A stretch of DNA of 61,976 nucleotides, filler included. It is 8 parts of 8 records of this genome, joined end to end, with 100 filler letters (N's around TTAATTAATTAA, not from the genome) between each part and the next. Parts side by side here need not be neighbours in the genome. Positions count along the whole stretch, not along the records: positions 32,472 to 39,503 come from SRR15195285_3089; positions 39,604 to 42,807 come from SRR15195285_3090; positions 42,908 to 61,976 come from SRR15195285_3092; 5 more parts are not named here. One strand, 5' to 3'. How positions within the stretch are numbered: position 1 is the stretch's first letter; every line of letters starts with the position of its first letter. This document shows, piece after piece, positions 34,364 through 45,001 of the stretch. The notes beneath the pieces were generated by a model. It searched no databases. It was given only the letters and a program-made list of their open reading frames with translations, and was not told where the DNA came from. A program made the translations under genes and the position numbers.

Positions 34364-35848
34364 CTACCGCAGGCTGTGGATATTTTGCGCAATTACGTCA
34401 ACAGTCGCCTCCCCCAGCTCCGAACTCCGTGCACCATTCCAACCGGTGGTTGGCTGCAAGTTGAGGATCGGATCTTTGAACGGCATCTCCAGCGTGATCG
34501 CCAGGCAGTCTGTAGTACCAACCGATCAGTATGCATCACGCAACAGTTGCTCAAGAACGAGGTCTGCTCCGTGGCCTAAAGGGCAGCCAATCACCCAAGG
34601 AGTTGCTAGTGGACTAGGCGTACGTCGAGCGGGCGCAGTGAACTAGCCTTGCGCACCGAAACGATGCCCGATCTGAGCTGTACATACATCAAGGTTCGTC
34701 TCGGCGAGATCGGTTTCCATGTTGCAGAACTGGCGGTCGAATTCTGAGGACACGCTCGCCCATCCGTCGAGGAAGCCATCGCATAGCCTTCTTAACCGCG
34801 GAGTCCAGCCCGTGCACAGAGTACCCCACACTCGCGGAATGCCTTCGCTGCCGTGAATATCGAGGCAAAGGTCACAACCGAGCCGGTCCATCTCGTTCCG
34901 GATACATAGGATCTCAGGAGAAGTGGCAGCATTAGGTGATGCCCATTCCCGATTGAGATTTGCGCCGGCAGCATTTGTACGAAGGTGACCGCGGGAGCCA
35001 CCGTCTGGGTTGGTATGTGGGACTGCGAGAATAGTCGCCTCATGCATGATGACGGTGCAGGCACTATCTGTCCTGTCCGCCGCCACTAGGCGCCGCAAGA
35101 AACCCTCAATGAAATACGACCCCATGGTCTCGCCCGGGTGCTGGCGCCCGAACACCCATATCTTGAGCGCCCCGCCTGGAATCGTCACGAGATCGATCGG
35201 CGCTCCATCCAGGGACCTACCGATTACTCGGTGGTCGACCGAACGCACGACTCGCGTGCCAGGATGCACAGGCGGGGCTGTGATTTCTGCAAGAAACGCC
35301 GCGTGGTCCGCCGCGGTGTACGGTTCAAACGCTGCAATGAAGACTTCGTCAGCCTCTGGAGTCAGCTCGATCGTTAGGATCCCACTCTCGGCATCATAGT
35401 GCGTCTCCAAGCACTGATGCCAGTGTTGCTGGTCGTACGACACGCGCGCCCGGAAGCCAGGATCTCCCTGCACGATGGACGGCCAGCCCTTCCAGGCGTA
35501 TGAAGCCTCGCCAGCGTTGACGATCTTAAACGAACACCGTTGCCCCTTGCAATTGCGTGCTGCGAAGTAGAACCAGTGAAAATGCTCCTTGCCCTCCTCC
35601 CGTGCGCAGGGCACATCTGGACGGATCCGTAGTCTCAGATCCAACGCTGAGCTCAGCGAGACCACTTCGATGTTGCCGCTGTCCAAACCGGCAGCGCTCA
35701 CGTCGATCTCACGACGCGTGCAGTGCGCTGCCGCTGACCCGCTAGCGGCGCCAGTTATGTTCACAGCAGCAGCAAGCATATCCATCCCGTATGGTGTGGA
35801 GCGCAGCACATGCCCACTCAATTGCTTCAGCACCCTGCCACCCTCCAT
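34364..35848 (-). CDS. M14 zinc carboxypeptidase, cytosolic-carboxypeptidase (bacterial CCP-like) type, ~445 aa
   Basis: LDSGNI, HFHWFYF, FEPYT, RQHPGE (HxxE), NPDG, HLRTNAAGANLNREW, DIHG. Intron 34656-34510 (GTGCGC...CAG) restores DCLAITLEMPFKD, which carries the catalytic Glu. Confidence 0.9.
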
Positions 35849-35985
35849 CTCCACGCACCGCGGCGCGTAGCGCAGGGCGTGCGTGTACCGCGGCGGGGTA
35901 GATCTATATATGTATATAAGTTGTACCGCGTGGCGCGGGCGAAGCATGAAGGGCATCAGCTCGACATTGATACTGGTGATTAACA

Positions 35986-36071
35986 AGTCGTATTGTTTTC
36001 TCTGTATGTTTGACTTTTTCATACTACATGCAGTTATTGTAACGCTACTGCTCCACAATTCCTACGAGTTT
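35986..36071 (+). repeat. ~86-bp dispersed upstream element, copy B (between the divergent M14 and GH130-like genes)
   Basis: Colinear similarity to 32753-32838. Confidence 0.8.
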
Positions 36072-36207
36072 GCACCGCGGTGCAGTGTACCCAAAAGTAC
36101 CCAGGTTGCGAATCGAATCGGCCAACTACGTGTACAGCTGTACACATATATACTAGCGTGGCACGCCGCGGTCCGACGCGGCGACGGACGTCTTTTCGTC
36201 TACATCG

Positions 36208-37795
36208 ATGGCGCTGGCGCTGCAGCTTCTGGCGGTTGGAAGCAGCTGGCCAAGCTTGGCCCTGCCGCACCCCACGCATGTACCAGAGCCATACTACGCA
36301 GTTGAGGTCGATCGAGCCGGTGTGGGCGGCTTCAATGTGCTTTTCGACGGACACAATCACCCAGAAACCACTGACTTCGCCATCAACAATGGGCCGTCGT
36401 TCGTCCGAATGCTCGACGGGACTGACGCGCTTGTAATCCGCAGCTGCGTCAATCGCACCGGGTGTTCCACCCCTGGAAACCCCGATGTTATCACCCTCGT
36501 CAAGCGCCACACGGGGCCCGTCGATCTGTCGGACCTGCAGTCGCAGTTCGAGCGGAACACGATCGACAAAATCATCCTCCGGCCGCGAGGGCCCGACGAA
36601 CAGTGCGGTGTGCAGGATCCACGCATCACCGTGGATGCACGGACAGGTACCTACATTATGGCGTACACAGCATGTGAGTGCATTCGTGCTCGCGTGGTCG
36701 AAATGTGCTCCAGGGGCAGCATATGCGTGTAGACGTGTGTGCGTTCGGTGGTTCGCCAATAATGTGAGCGTGGCTGCTGCTGTGGCTGCTGCCGTTCGCT
36801 CACGCCACTGCCGATCACGCAGACGGTGACGCTGGCGCTAAACCTAACGTATGCAGCGCTTCTGCCTGTGGGCCTACGTGGGAGCAGTGCAGCCACTGTT
36901 GCCACAGCGTGTCCACGAAGGTTGTGATGAGCAAAACACCTGAGATCGAGAGCAGCTGGGTCAGAGTTAACCGGACGGGGGACCCCGGCTTCAACGCGAA
37001 AAGTTCTGCCATCCTGGTCCGCGATACGCCACCACACTTCATGTTTACTGGTACTGGGACCGTTCGGTCGTGGCAAAGCGACGACCTACTACATTGGACC
37101 CAGTCGGAAGTAGCCATCGCGGGCAGACCGGGACACTTCGATTCAGGCTAGTGAGTGGCAACTCAAGTTAGTGCCTTTTGCACTGAGAAATCTACAATGT
37201 CGCATTCGAACAGTATGATCTCGCGCTGAACGTGTATGCCGTTCATTGTATTTATACATGTACGATCGTGCGGAACCAAAACGACTCGCAGCTGCGAGGC
37301 TGGTGCACCGCCAGCACGTCTCAGCGACGGCAACTATTTTGGAACATGTGAGTACGACCTGCACGATAATCATTTTAGACGTGTCAACATTGCAGCAGTG
37401 ATACCTCGTTCATGGCCGTGTGTCTGCTTGTCTGTTCGTCCGTGTGTCTGATTGGTTTGACATGCCCTGGTTTCTTGGTGGCAGACGATACTATCATCAA
37501 CAGTGGTGGGCCGGGGCGCAGTGGCTGGGCCGCTGGGTGGGTCATCCTCAACGGCAGCAATCCTCGCCACGTGCTCCAACGAGGTGGCGAGCCTCTGGTT
37601 ATCCCAACCATGCCTTGGGAACTGCAGACTCCACCGTGGAACTGGACCCAAGCTGTGAGTGAGGGGCACGTCCCTATGATTGGGGCAACCAACGGCCTCA
37701 TGCCACTTGGAAATGACAGTTTCGTCGCGTGGGCGTGCGCGTCTGACTCAGTGGTCGAGGCTTTCGTTGTGCACGTCAGTCGTTGGCACAGCTAG
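36208..37795 (+). CDS. Secreted five-bladed beta-propeller glycosidase, GH130-like (~386 aa, 4 exons)
   Basis: Signal peptide MALALQLLAVGSSWPSLA. Motifs CGVQDPRI..YIMAYTAY, AKSSAIL, RPGHFDSGYCEAGAPPARLSDGNY, GWVILNGSNP, PWE. Introns 36674-36822, 37151-37291 and 37348-37484 (all GTGAGT...GCAG) keep the frame. Confidence 0.75.
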
Positions 37796-37962
37796 CTGGA
37801 GAGTGCGTGAGATATGGGTACTACGTAGTTTCTAGCTCTCATGTAAGGCAGATAAAAATGATGCTCAAATGCGCTGAAATGGAACGTACTCGCGTCTCGT
37901 GCTTCTGGCCGTGTCTCTGTAACACCAGCCCTTCGCACATCGGACGCTCGCCACCGCAGAGC

Positions 37963-38894
37963 TCATTTACCACTACCACCAGTCCCATTACCTGCGCCCC
38001 TGGCAATAATATCCAGCCCCATCGGCTTCGCAGTCGCCCCTTCGAATTGCTTGGAATACATCCCTGTGGGAGCCATCTGCCAGGACGAGACCACGTGGGG
38101 TGAGCATGCGGTGCAAGGCAGCGACAATGGTAGACGTCGGCACTGTGTTCGATCGCAGGTCGAGATATTGATGTGAGAAACAGAAAAACGAGCCCACCTT
38201 CTTCTTCGTAACATTCCACGCGGCGGTGTCCTCAGTCACAGCATTTGCTCGCCCTCTTGCTACTTGCGGCGGCAGCAGCACACCGCCCCCGCCAGAAGTC
38301 CTACGCATGATTATGCAGGGATGCGCACAACAGCGCTCACCCAGATGCACACTGCTGCTGTAAACGAAAGGGTGGGACATACCAAGAGCGTGCGACTGAG
38401 GAGTTGGTCTTCGGTTTCTGGCCCTGGCCATAGACCTTTTTCTTGCCCTGCACCTTCTTAAAAATGGTGTTGTCTTCGTTGTCACCCAGCTTGCGCTTTG
38501 TGTGGATCTCTTGCTGCTCATAGGGATTGTGGTAGATCCCTGCGCCGACGCCCCCCGCTCCACCTGCCATCAGGTCCGACGCGCTCGGCAGCGCAACTGC
38601 TCCTGCCTTCGAGTCGCCAAGGCGCGATCCACGCGCGTCCTCCGGTTCGCTCTCGCTGTCGTCGCTGTCGTCGCTGGCATCGCTGTCATCGCTGTCTGAC
38701 TTCTCCATCGCAGTCACCCGCTGCACCCGCGCTGCCTCGGCTGCGGCCGTCGCCACCGTTCCCGCCCCGCCTGCAGTGTGGGACGCCGCCGCCGCATGCA
38801 CCGGTTGGTTCGCCGTGGAGGTGCTCTCGGTGCTCTCGTCGTCCTCATCGTCGCTGCTGCTGCTGCTGGTTGCGTATCCTCCCAGCGCCTCCAT
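37963..38894 (-). CDS. Acidic low-complexity hypothetical protein, probably nuclear (~242 aa, 3 exons)
   Basis: MEALGGYATSSSSSDDED N-terminus and a basic KRKL/KKV patch. Introns 38382-38301 and 38197-38077 give an in-frame LLPPQVARGRANAVTED motif. Confidence 0.65.
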
Positions 38895-39473
38895 GTCTGG
38901 TCGGCCACCAGCCAGGGGCACGCGTGAGGGCGCAGGCCCCCCTGGCGGCGGGGATGCTTGGGCTTATCGTTATCGGAGGAGCATCCTCGCTCCGCCGCTC
39001 GCGCGAGCGAGACCGCCCTGACGCGCGCGACACCGCGCGCGACGTCGCGACGACGCGCGCATTTACGCGCGCCGGAAGACCCACATCACTTGAGGCGAGT
39101 CCGTCGATGAGCGCATGAGCCTGTACAGTGCCCAGGTTGTAAGGGAATTACTCAAGTGGCCGATGCACGAGGCTCTCTCGTATATCTCTAGTCTAAGTTA
39201 GTATAGTAGAGGGTCCGGCGGGTGCGCACGGCGGCCGCACGCGCGGGGGGGTGTCGCGCGCGCGAGAGTGTGGCTACAGCGCTACACGCCCCGGACAGTC
39301 CTACTATGCTGGGCGCCGCTCGTGCTGGGGCAGTCGCCGCCGGGCAAGCGCTTGAAGGCGCGCGGCCCCCGCCTGGGCGTCGCTCTGGTTCCCATCGCTA
39401 TCGATCCAGCATTGTACACATGAGCGGTACATGTGCGGCGCGCTGCCGATGGGGCGGCGGCGTGACGCGCTCA

Positions 39474-39503
39474 TGCTGGCTGCTGCTGCTGCTGCTGCTG
39501 CTG
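39474..39503 (+). repeat. (CTG)n microsatellite at contig end, possibly the poly-Leu signal peptide of a truncated gene starting at 39420
   Basis: ATG AGC GGT...TGG CTG CTG CTG... runs into the spacer. Confidence 0.6.
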
Positions 39504-39603
39504 NNNNNNNNNNNNNNNNNNNNNNNNNNNNNNNNNNNNNNNNNNNNTTAATTAATTAANNNNNNNNNNNNNNNNNNNNNNNNNNNNNNNNNNNNNNNNN
39601 NNN
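39504..39603. other. Artificial contig-joining spacer
   Basis: N44-TTAATTAATTAA-N44. Confidence 0.98.
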
Positions 39604-39770
39604 GCGGTGGGGGTGCCCAACCGCCACCTGCGCCGCCGCCTCGCCCACCTCCAGCTCCGCCGCCGCGGACCGGGCGTCCACCACCGCCAGCAAGGTTGAG
39701 CAAGGGGGCATCGGAAGACAGCTATGAGGTGATTGAGCTCGATGACGAGGACGACGATGACTTTCTATAG
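39604..39770 (+). CDS. 3' end of a truncated gene: Pro-rich segment followed by an acidic tail
   Basis: The frame from 39606 reads GGGAQPPPAPPPRPPPAPPPRTGRPPPPARLSKGASEDSYEVIELDDEDDDDFL*. VIELDD resembles a SUMO-interacting motif. Confidence 0.5.
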
Positions 39771-40024
39771 GCTTTCGTGTTCCGGTTCGCAATTCATTCG
39801 GCCGCGCTGGTGACACAGGGCCTTTCGCCCGGCGTAAGCTATGGCGGGCGTTGGTGAGGGGCTGACTACCTGGTTGCAGATGGTCGGTCGGCGCAGGCGG
39901 AGCGCGAGGTTGCGGCGCTTGCCATGGCAGCGGCAGCGCTAGAGCCCGTCGAGCGCGAGGCGTGCTAACGTGTCAACCGCTTCGAATGCAATGCTTTGTT
40001 GACAAGGAGTTTGATGCCTGGCCC

Positions 40025-40062
40025 AGCATAAGGGCAGTCTACTAGCATAAGGGCAGCCTACT
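40025..40062 (+). repeat. 19-bp tandem duplication
   Basis: AGCATAAGGGCAGTCTACT followed by AGCATAAGGGCAGCCTACT (1 mismatch). Confidence 0.85.
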
Positions 40063-40586
40063 GCATCGATGAAGCCTAGATTCTACCGGTACTGACTTGT
40101 GAGGCGCGACAAGGAAAGGCATCCGCTCGAGTAGACCGACCCGTGTGGGATTCACATCTCACAGGCAACAACGCCCACCACCCGCGTTAGAACTCCGCCG
40201 GGTCCGCATACCTCTGTCCTGAGCATTAATCGTCACGTAGCGACACTGGTGAGGGCTTCAAACGAGGCAGACTCGAAAGAAGCAGCTCAAGCTATTGGAT
40301 GGGGCGCGATTGCTGCGAACCCCAAGCCCAGACCCAGACGTGGTTCTCTGCAGATGGGTAGCAGCACTAGTGTTCGCCACCAACTAACTTCATTCTGAAA
40401 TGAATCATGGGTTATACCGGTATGGTACATATGTGATACTACGAACCACAGTGGCACGAAACAACGCTTGCTGAACTCGTTACTGAGCTACGAGCCGGCT
40501 TTCGCAGCCGATCATACGTCCACTGCTTACTGCCTGGTACTGTGCTCAGAGTATCATTTTTTCTCCTGCCCGGCTTGCTCACGCGC

Positions 40587-42602
40587 TTAGGCTGCTTCGG
40601 GTTGAAATGGAATATACACTGCAGCACAACCGTCGTGTAAGCCCTGAAATCCTTCCCAGGGCCAGGAGACGTCTTCGAGGGCGTGCCAGACCGCGTGGGA
40701 GGCCGTGCCCACAGGGCCAGCGCTTGCTGCAGCTCGACGCAGAGCCTCAACCACCATGCCTTTGACCAACCGATCCTGACCTCGGACTCCAGCGAGTATT
40801 GGCATCGATGCACCGCGGGCGGACGGCTCAGAGCAAAGTCGCATCAGTGCAGTGCCTGCTGTCGTCCTGATTTGGTTGTTCCACAAGCCATCGGCTCGGA
40901 AGCCTGCACCAGGCTCTCCATCGGTGCTGCATAGCACCAGTAATAGCGCGTCTAGCGCGAGCAGTGTGGCCTGCACAGCATCGATTCTGCGTGCTCGATG
41001 GCCCAACAAGCCGAGAGCGCAACACAGTTCCGCTGCTGCCGTACGACGGGCATGTGCGTAACTGTCATTCTTGACTGTCGCCCACCCTTCAGGTTTTTGA
41101 TCGTTTCCAGCCGGAGCGACGTAGCCCGGCTGCATTGTGCCAGCTGACACAGCTGTGCGAGTGTACTCTGCAAGTTCATCCAATGAAGTAGCGAGTGCTG
41201 ATGCTAGGGTATCAACCGCAGCCTGATCACCCGCTGCGCTGCACTGACCGATAACGTGTGCAGCATCTGGCACCAGCTGCCATTGCTGTTGTGCGACAGC
41301 ATCAGTAACGTTCTCGATGACGACAGCAGTAGCCGCAGGACCAGCAGAGCAAAGTCCATACTTGGCTGCTCGATGGACGGCATCCCCGCCATCACCAAAT
41401 GCACCCCCATAGGAGATGGCTGCAGTAGATGTGTGGACGCCAGCATTGAATGCAGCGAGCAGTGCATCGAGAGCTCTAGCATTTCCACCCGCAGCTGCTG
41501 ATGCCAAGCGGTGCGCAGCCTCCACACGTTCTACCTCTGACTTGCTCTGGCACATGACCGCGTCATCGTCTTCGATAGTTGAGCTCGACTCAGTTTGGGC
41601 TGAGCTGCCAGCCAACCATGCCCATATAGACTTGTGAACGGCTGGAGTCCCGTCCAGGGGCGATATCAGCTCGATAGGCACGTCAGCCCACGGCGGAAGG
41701 CTCGCATACGCTGGCTCGGAAATGCGTGAAGCACCCATCTTGACATTCGGACGCCACGGAGAATCTGGACCAGCGTTACGCGAAGCCCTGTGATAAATGT
41801 GGTAATCAGTGATCAACACTGCGCCAGGTGGTACGATAACGCGAAAGTCCTCGCGCCCTTCGTCTCCGAACGAGTTGGCTTGTTTCAGCAACCAAGCGTC
41901 CCTATCTTCGTGTGAATCTGGCATCGGACCTAGATTTGAGACGAGACCCGAATCGGGCATGAAATGGTGACTTCCAGGCACGATGGCTGTAGGGCCCTGG
42001 TCCAGGGTGGCTCCGTTAGGGTAGTACATGAGAATTACGCCGCGTGGCTTGATGTCTCGAACCACGGACGCAGGGGTGTGTATGCCATCTTTGTGGTACG
42101 CCTGGTCATGTTTGTAAACGGAGGTGTGGTGGTTCCCCATCATACCTCCATTATTCAGGTCTTGAGCCCAAGCGCATGCCATGGCGAAGTCGCTACCGAG
42201 GAGGCTGATCAGTGCGCCGTGCAAGGAGGGCGTGCGCAACACAGTTGCGATATCCGTCTCCAGCTCGAGGAAGCCAACATCCTGCAAAGGAGTCTCACGC
42301 GGTCGCTGATTGATCTCGTGGGACCTGGCCGCGAACCTTTGATGGAATTCGGCAGACAATTCGCCGCGCGTATCGACGCAGTGAAAGCCCCTGCTGACGA
42401 ACGCTGCTACCTGCGATGCGTCGAGAAGCACGGGGGCGGCCGGGCCGCCGCCGACACGCGGATCGCCGGCGGCGCTGGACTCCACCGCGTCGACGGGGCC
42501 GCTTTCGCTGGCAGCAGGTGGAGCTGTGAGGTGGGTGTTGAGCGCTGCCAGCCGCGTGCTCGCGATGCCGACACTATCTGCTGGGCGAGTCATCCCGCGC
42601 AT
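40587..42602 (-). CDS. PhyH-family Fe(II)/2-oxoglutarate dioxygenase with PTS2 and a C-terminal HEAT-like helical region
   Basis: LLDASQVAAFVSRGF, YHKDG (HxD), MYYPNG..QGPTAIVPGSH, PPGAVLITDYHIYHRA. N-terminal RLAALNTHL. Ala/Leu-rich helical C-terminal half. Confidence 0.82.
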   Translation of the reverse strand: MRGMTRPADSVGIASTRLAALNTHLTAPPAASESGPVDAVESSAAGDPRVGGGPAAPVLLDASQVAAFVSRGFHCVDTRGELSAEFHQRFAARSHEINQRPRETPLQDVGFLELETDIATVLRTPSLHGALISLLGSDFAMACAWAQDLNNGGMMGNHHTSVYKHDQAYHKDGIHTPASVVRDIKPRGVILMYYPNGATLDQGPTAIVPGSHHFMPDSGLVSNLGPMPDSHEDRDAWLLKQANSFGDEGREDFRVIVPPGAVLITDYHIYHRASRNAGPDSPWRPNVKMGASRISEPAYASLPPWADVPIELISPLDGTPAVHKSIWAWLAGSSAQTESSSTIEDDDAVMCQSKSEVERVEAAHRLASAAAGGNARALDALLAAFNAGVHTSTAAISYGGAFGDGGDAVHRAAKYGLCSAGPAATAVVIENVTDAVAQQQWQLVPDAAHVIGQCSAAGDQAAVDTLASALATSLDELAEYTRTAVSAGTMQPGYVAPAGNDQKPEGWATVKNDSYAHARRTAAAELCCALGLLGHRARRIDAVQATLLALDALLLVLCSTDGEPGAGFRADGLWNNQIRTTAGTALMRLCSEPSARGASMPILAGVRGQDRLVKGMVVEALRRAAASAGPVGTASHAVWHALEDVSWPWEGFQGLHDGCAAVYIPFQPEAA

Positions 42603-42807
42603 CCCGGTCGCAGTCGCCCTGGGCGCGCCGGCGGCGCGCGCGCCCCGGCGCGGCACCTACCGACACACGCGCCGCAGAATAAACGCTTGATCGTTGATGC
42701 AACAACGTGACAATGACGGCAATGACAATCGTTCATTTGGCTTCACAGCATTTTTGGCGTCACTCACCGCTCAATTCCAGTCATTTCAATCTGGGCACTG
42801 CATGCCC

Positions 42808-42907
42808 NNNNNNNNNNNNNNNNNNNNNNNNNNNNNNNNNNNNNNNNNNNNTTAATTAATTAANNNNNNNNNNNNNNNNNNNNNNNNNNNNNNNNNNNNN
42901 NNNNNNN
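42808..42907. other. Artificial contig-joining spacer
   Basis: N44-TTAATTAATTAA-N44. Confidence 0.98.
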
Positions 42908-43054
42908 CGGCGCTTGAATTTGCATGAATGAGAATCGGCCAAAATTGGTTCGGCGTTCGTACGGTACCGCTGGAGCGCTGCTACCGGCGGCGTTGGCTCC
43001 GGAGAGCGCTGCTGCCGCGCTGCTCCGGAGAGCGGATAGACGCCGGCAGCCACG

Positions 43055-44884
43055 ATGCTGAGCGCGGAGGACGACTCTGACATGCCCGGGCTGGAGGATA
43101 TGGCGGCGCCGACTGAGCAGCGGGTCGAGGCGACGGCCGCGGCGCGGCAGGCGCAGCAGGAGCGGCTGGCGAGTATGTCGCTGGATGCTGTGGAGTTCAG
43201 CGACGAGGACGATGGGGAGCTGGTGGACGAGCGCATCCCGTGCTTGTTTGGCGCGGCCGTGTACGGATCGGCGGCGGAGGCGTACACGGCGCTGGCCCAG
43301 GAGCACGGCTTCGATCTGGAGGCGCTGCGGGTGCTGTGGTCCATGGACTTCTATGCCTGCATCAAGCTCATCAATTTCGTGCGCCGGCTCTCGTCGCAGC
43401 TGGTCGGCGGGTGCGCCGACGTCACAGCCGCTGGCGAGCTGCGACTCCTGTCGAGCAGCGGCGCCGTGGTGGCGCTGCTGACGCGTGCCTCCGGAGAGTG
43501 GCAGGATGACAGCCTGATGGTCCCTGTGCTCGAGGACGACGGCCTGATCACTGGCCTGGAAGACGAGGACGATATGGGCGATGGCGCCCCGCCGGTCACC
43601 ACAGAAGACATCAGCACCAAGCTCGACATGACGCCAGAACTCTTCGAGCAGCTGAACTCGATGAAGAGTGCTGCCGGGAGTGTCAGTGTCGGTGTCGGCG
43701 GCGCAAGCGCTGCTGCAGATGTCAACTCGGACGATGAGGACGAGGACGGGCTCATCAAAATGGCCAAGCGAATCGAGGCTGAAGATGACAGCAAGTACTT
43801 CGATTCATATTCGTTTATCGAGATACACGAGACCATGCTGAAGGACAAGGCACGGACAGAGGCATACAGAGATGGCATGATGGCAAACAAAGCGCTGTTT
43901 GAGGGTGCAACTGTGATTGATGTGGGCTGCGGAACTGGCATTCTCTCCATTTTCGCGGTGCAGGCTGGTGCTGCTCGAGTTGTGGGCATAGACGCGTCCA
44001 ACATGGCGAAGCACGCGCGGCAGATTGTAAAGGATAATGGTTACGATGACAAGATCACGATTATCCAAGGGAAGGTGGAAGACTTGACTGATGAGGTAGT
44101 GATGGGTGCGACTGGTGGCAAGAAGGCGGACATCCTAGTGTCAGAGTGGATGGGCTACTTTCTGGTTTACGAGTCCATGCTGTCGTCCGTCCTGGTCGCG
44201 CGCGATCGCTGGGGCAAGCAAGGTGTCGAGGTGATGCCCCAGCGTGCACACCTCTATCTATCACCCATCACAAACCCGGCATTGTGGGCAGAAAAAGTCG
44301 GCTACTGGGATGACGTCTACGGCGTCAACATGAACTCGCTGAGAGACTTCGCGGTGAAGTCGTCGTTTGGTGTTGACTGTGCAGTCAACGTCATTAATCC
44401 GGACTGCGAGATGGATGCAGCTCTCCCGATTTACTCGATCGATTGCAACACCGTGACTGAAGCTGAGCTACAGGAGTTTGAGAAAGATTTTTCATTTAAG
44501 GCGATGTTTCCCGGCGAGGTGCATGGGTTCTGTGCCTACTTCGATGTAGTTTTTGGCCCGGTACGCTGTGCTGCTCGCCTGTGTGCTGCTTGGTGCTGGA
44601 TAGGCTAGGTGGAACTGCTAAACACTGCCTGCCTTGGCTGTGAATATTGCGAACCATAGGAGATCGTGGTGCTCACCACAAGCCCGCACGCAGTTCCTAC
44701 ACATTGGCAGCAATCGATCTTTTACTACGACAAGCCCGTCGGTTTCTGTCCGCAGCACCAGGAGATCAAAGGATCAATCAAGGTGTCCCGCGACCGCACG
44801 CACAACAGACGGATTGTCGCAGACATTGAGATGGAGATGCCTGGTATCGATGGTAGCCAGGCAAAGAAGCGATGGAATGTGTAA
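43055..44884 (+). CDS. PRMT3: Type I protein arginine N-methyltransferase 3 (~576 aa, 2 exons)
   Basis: YFDSY, IHETMLKD..RTEAYR, VIDVGCGTGILS, SEWMGYFLVYESML. Intron 44561-44659 adds the THW loop. PRMT3-type N-terminal domain HGFDL...DFYACIKLINFVR. Confidence 0.9.
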
Positions 44885-45001
44885 GTGAAGCGCCCGTGGG
44901 CTCGTATGCACGCCGCAAGTGGGCATAGGTTGCGAAATTTATTGCCTGTTGCTCCAGCTGCTTGTCGCAACCTGTGAGGAGCTGCGTCAGCAGTCCCGGT
45001 G

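Noticed and set aside
35810-35840. RVLKQLSGHV as a PTS2 on the M14 peptidase
   Set aside because: The spacing is x6 rather than x5 and it ends in HV, so it does not fit the consensus.
40063-40580. Possible ncRNA in the ORF-free stretch
   Set aside because: No tRNA, rRNA, snRNA or box motifs were recognisable by eye; an Infernal/Rfam scan would be needed.
10674-42907. Seven TTAATTAATTAA motifs within N-runs as a biological repeat or CRISPR-like array
   Set aside because: They are identical 100-nt all-frame-stop spacers, i.e. concatenation artefacts. Gene adjacency across them carries no meaning.
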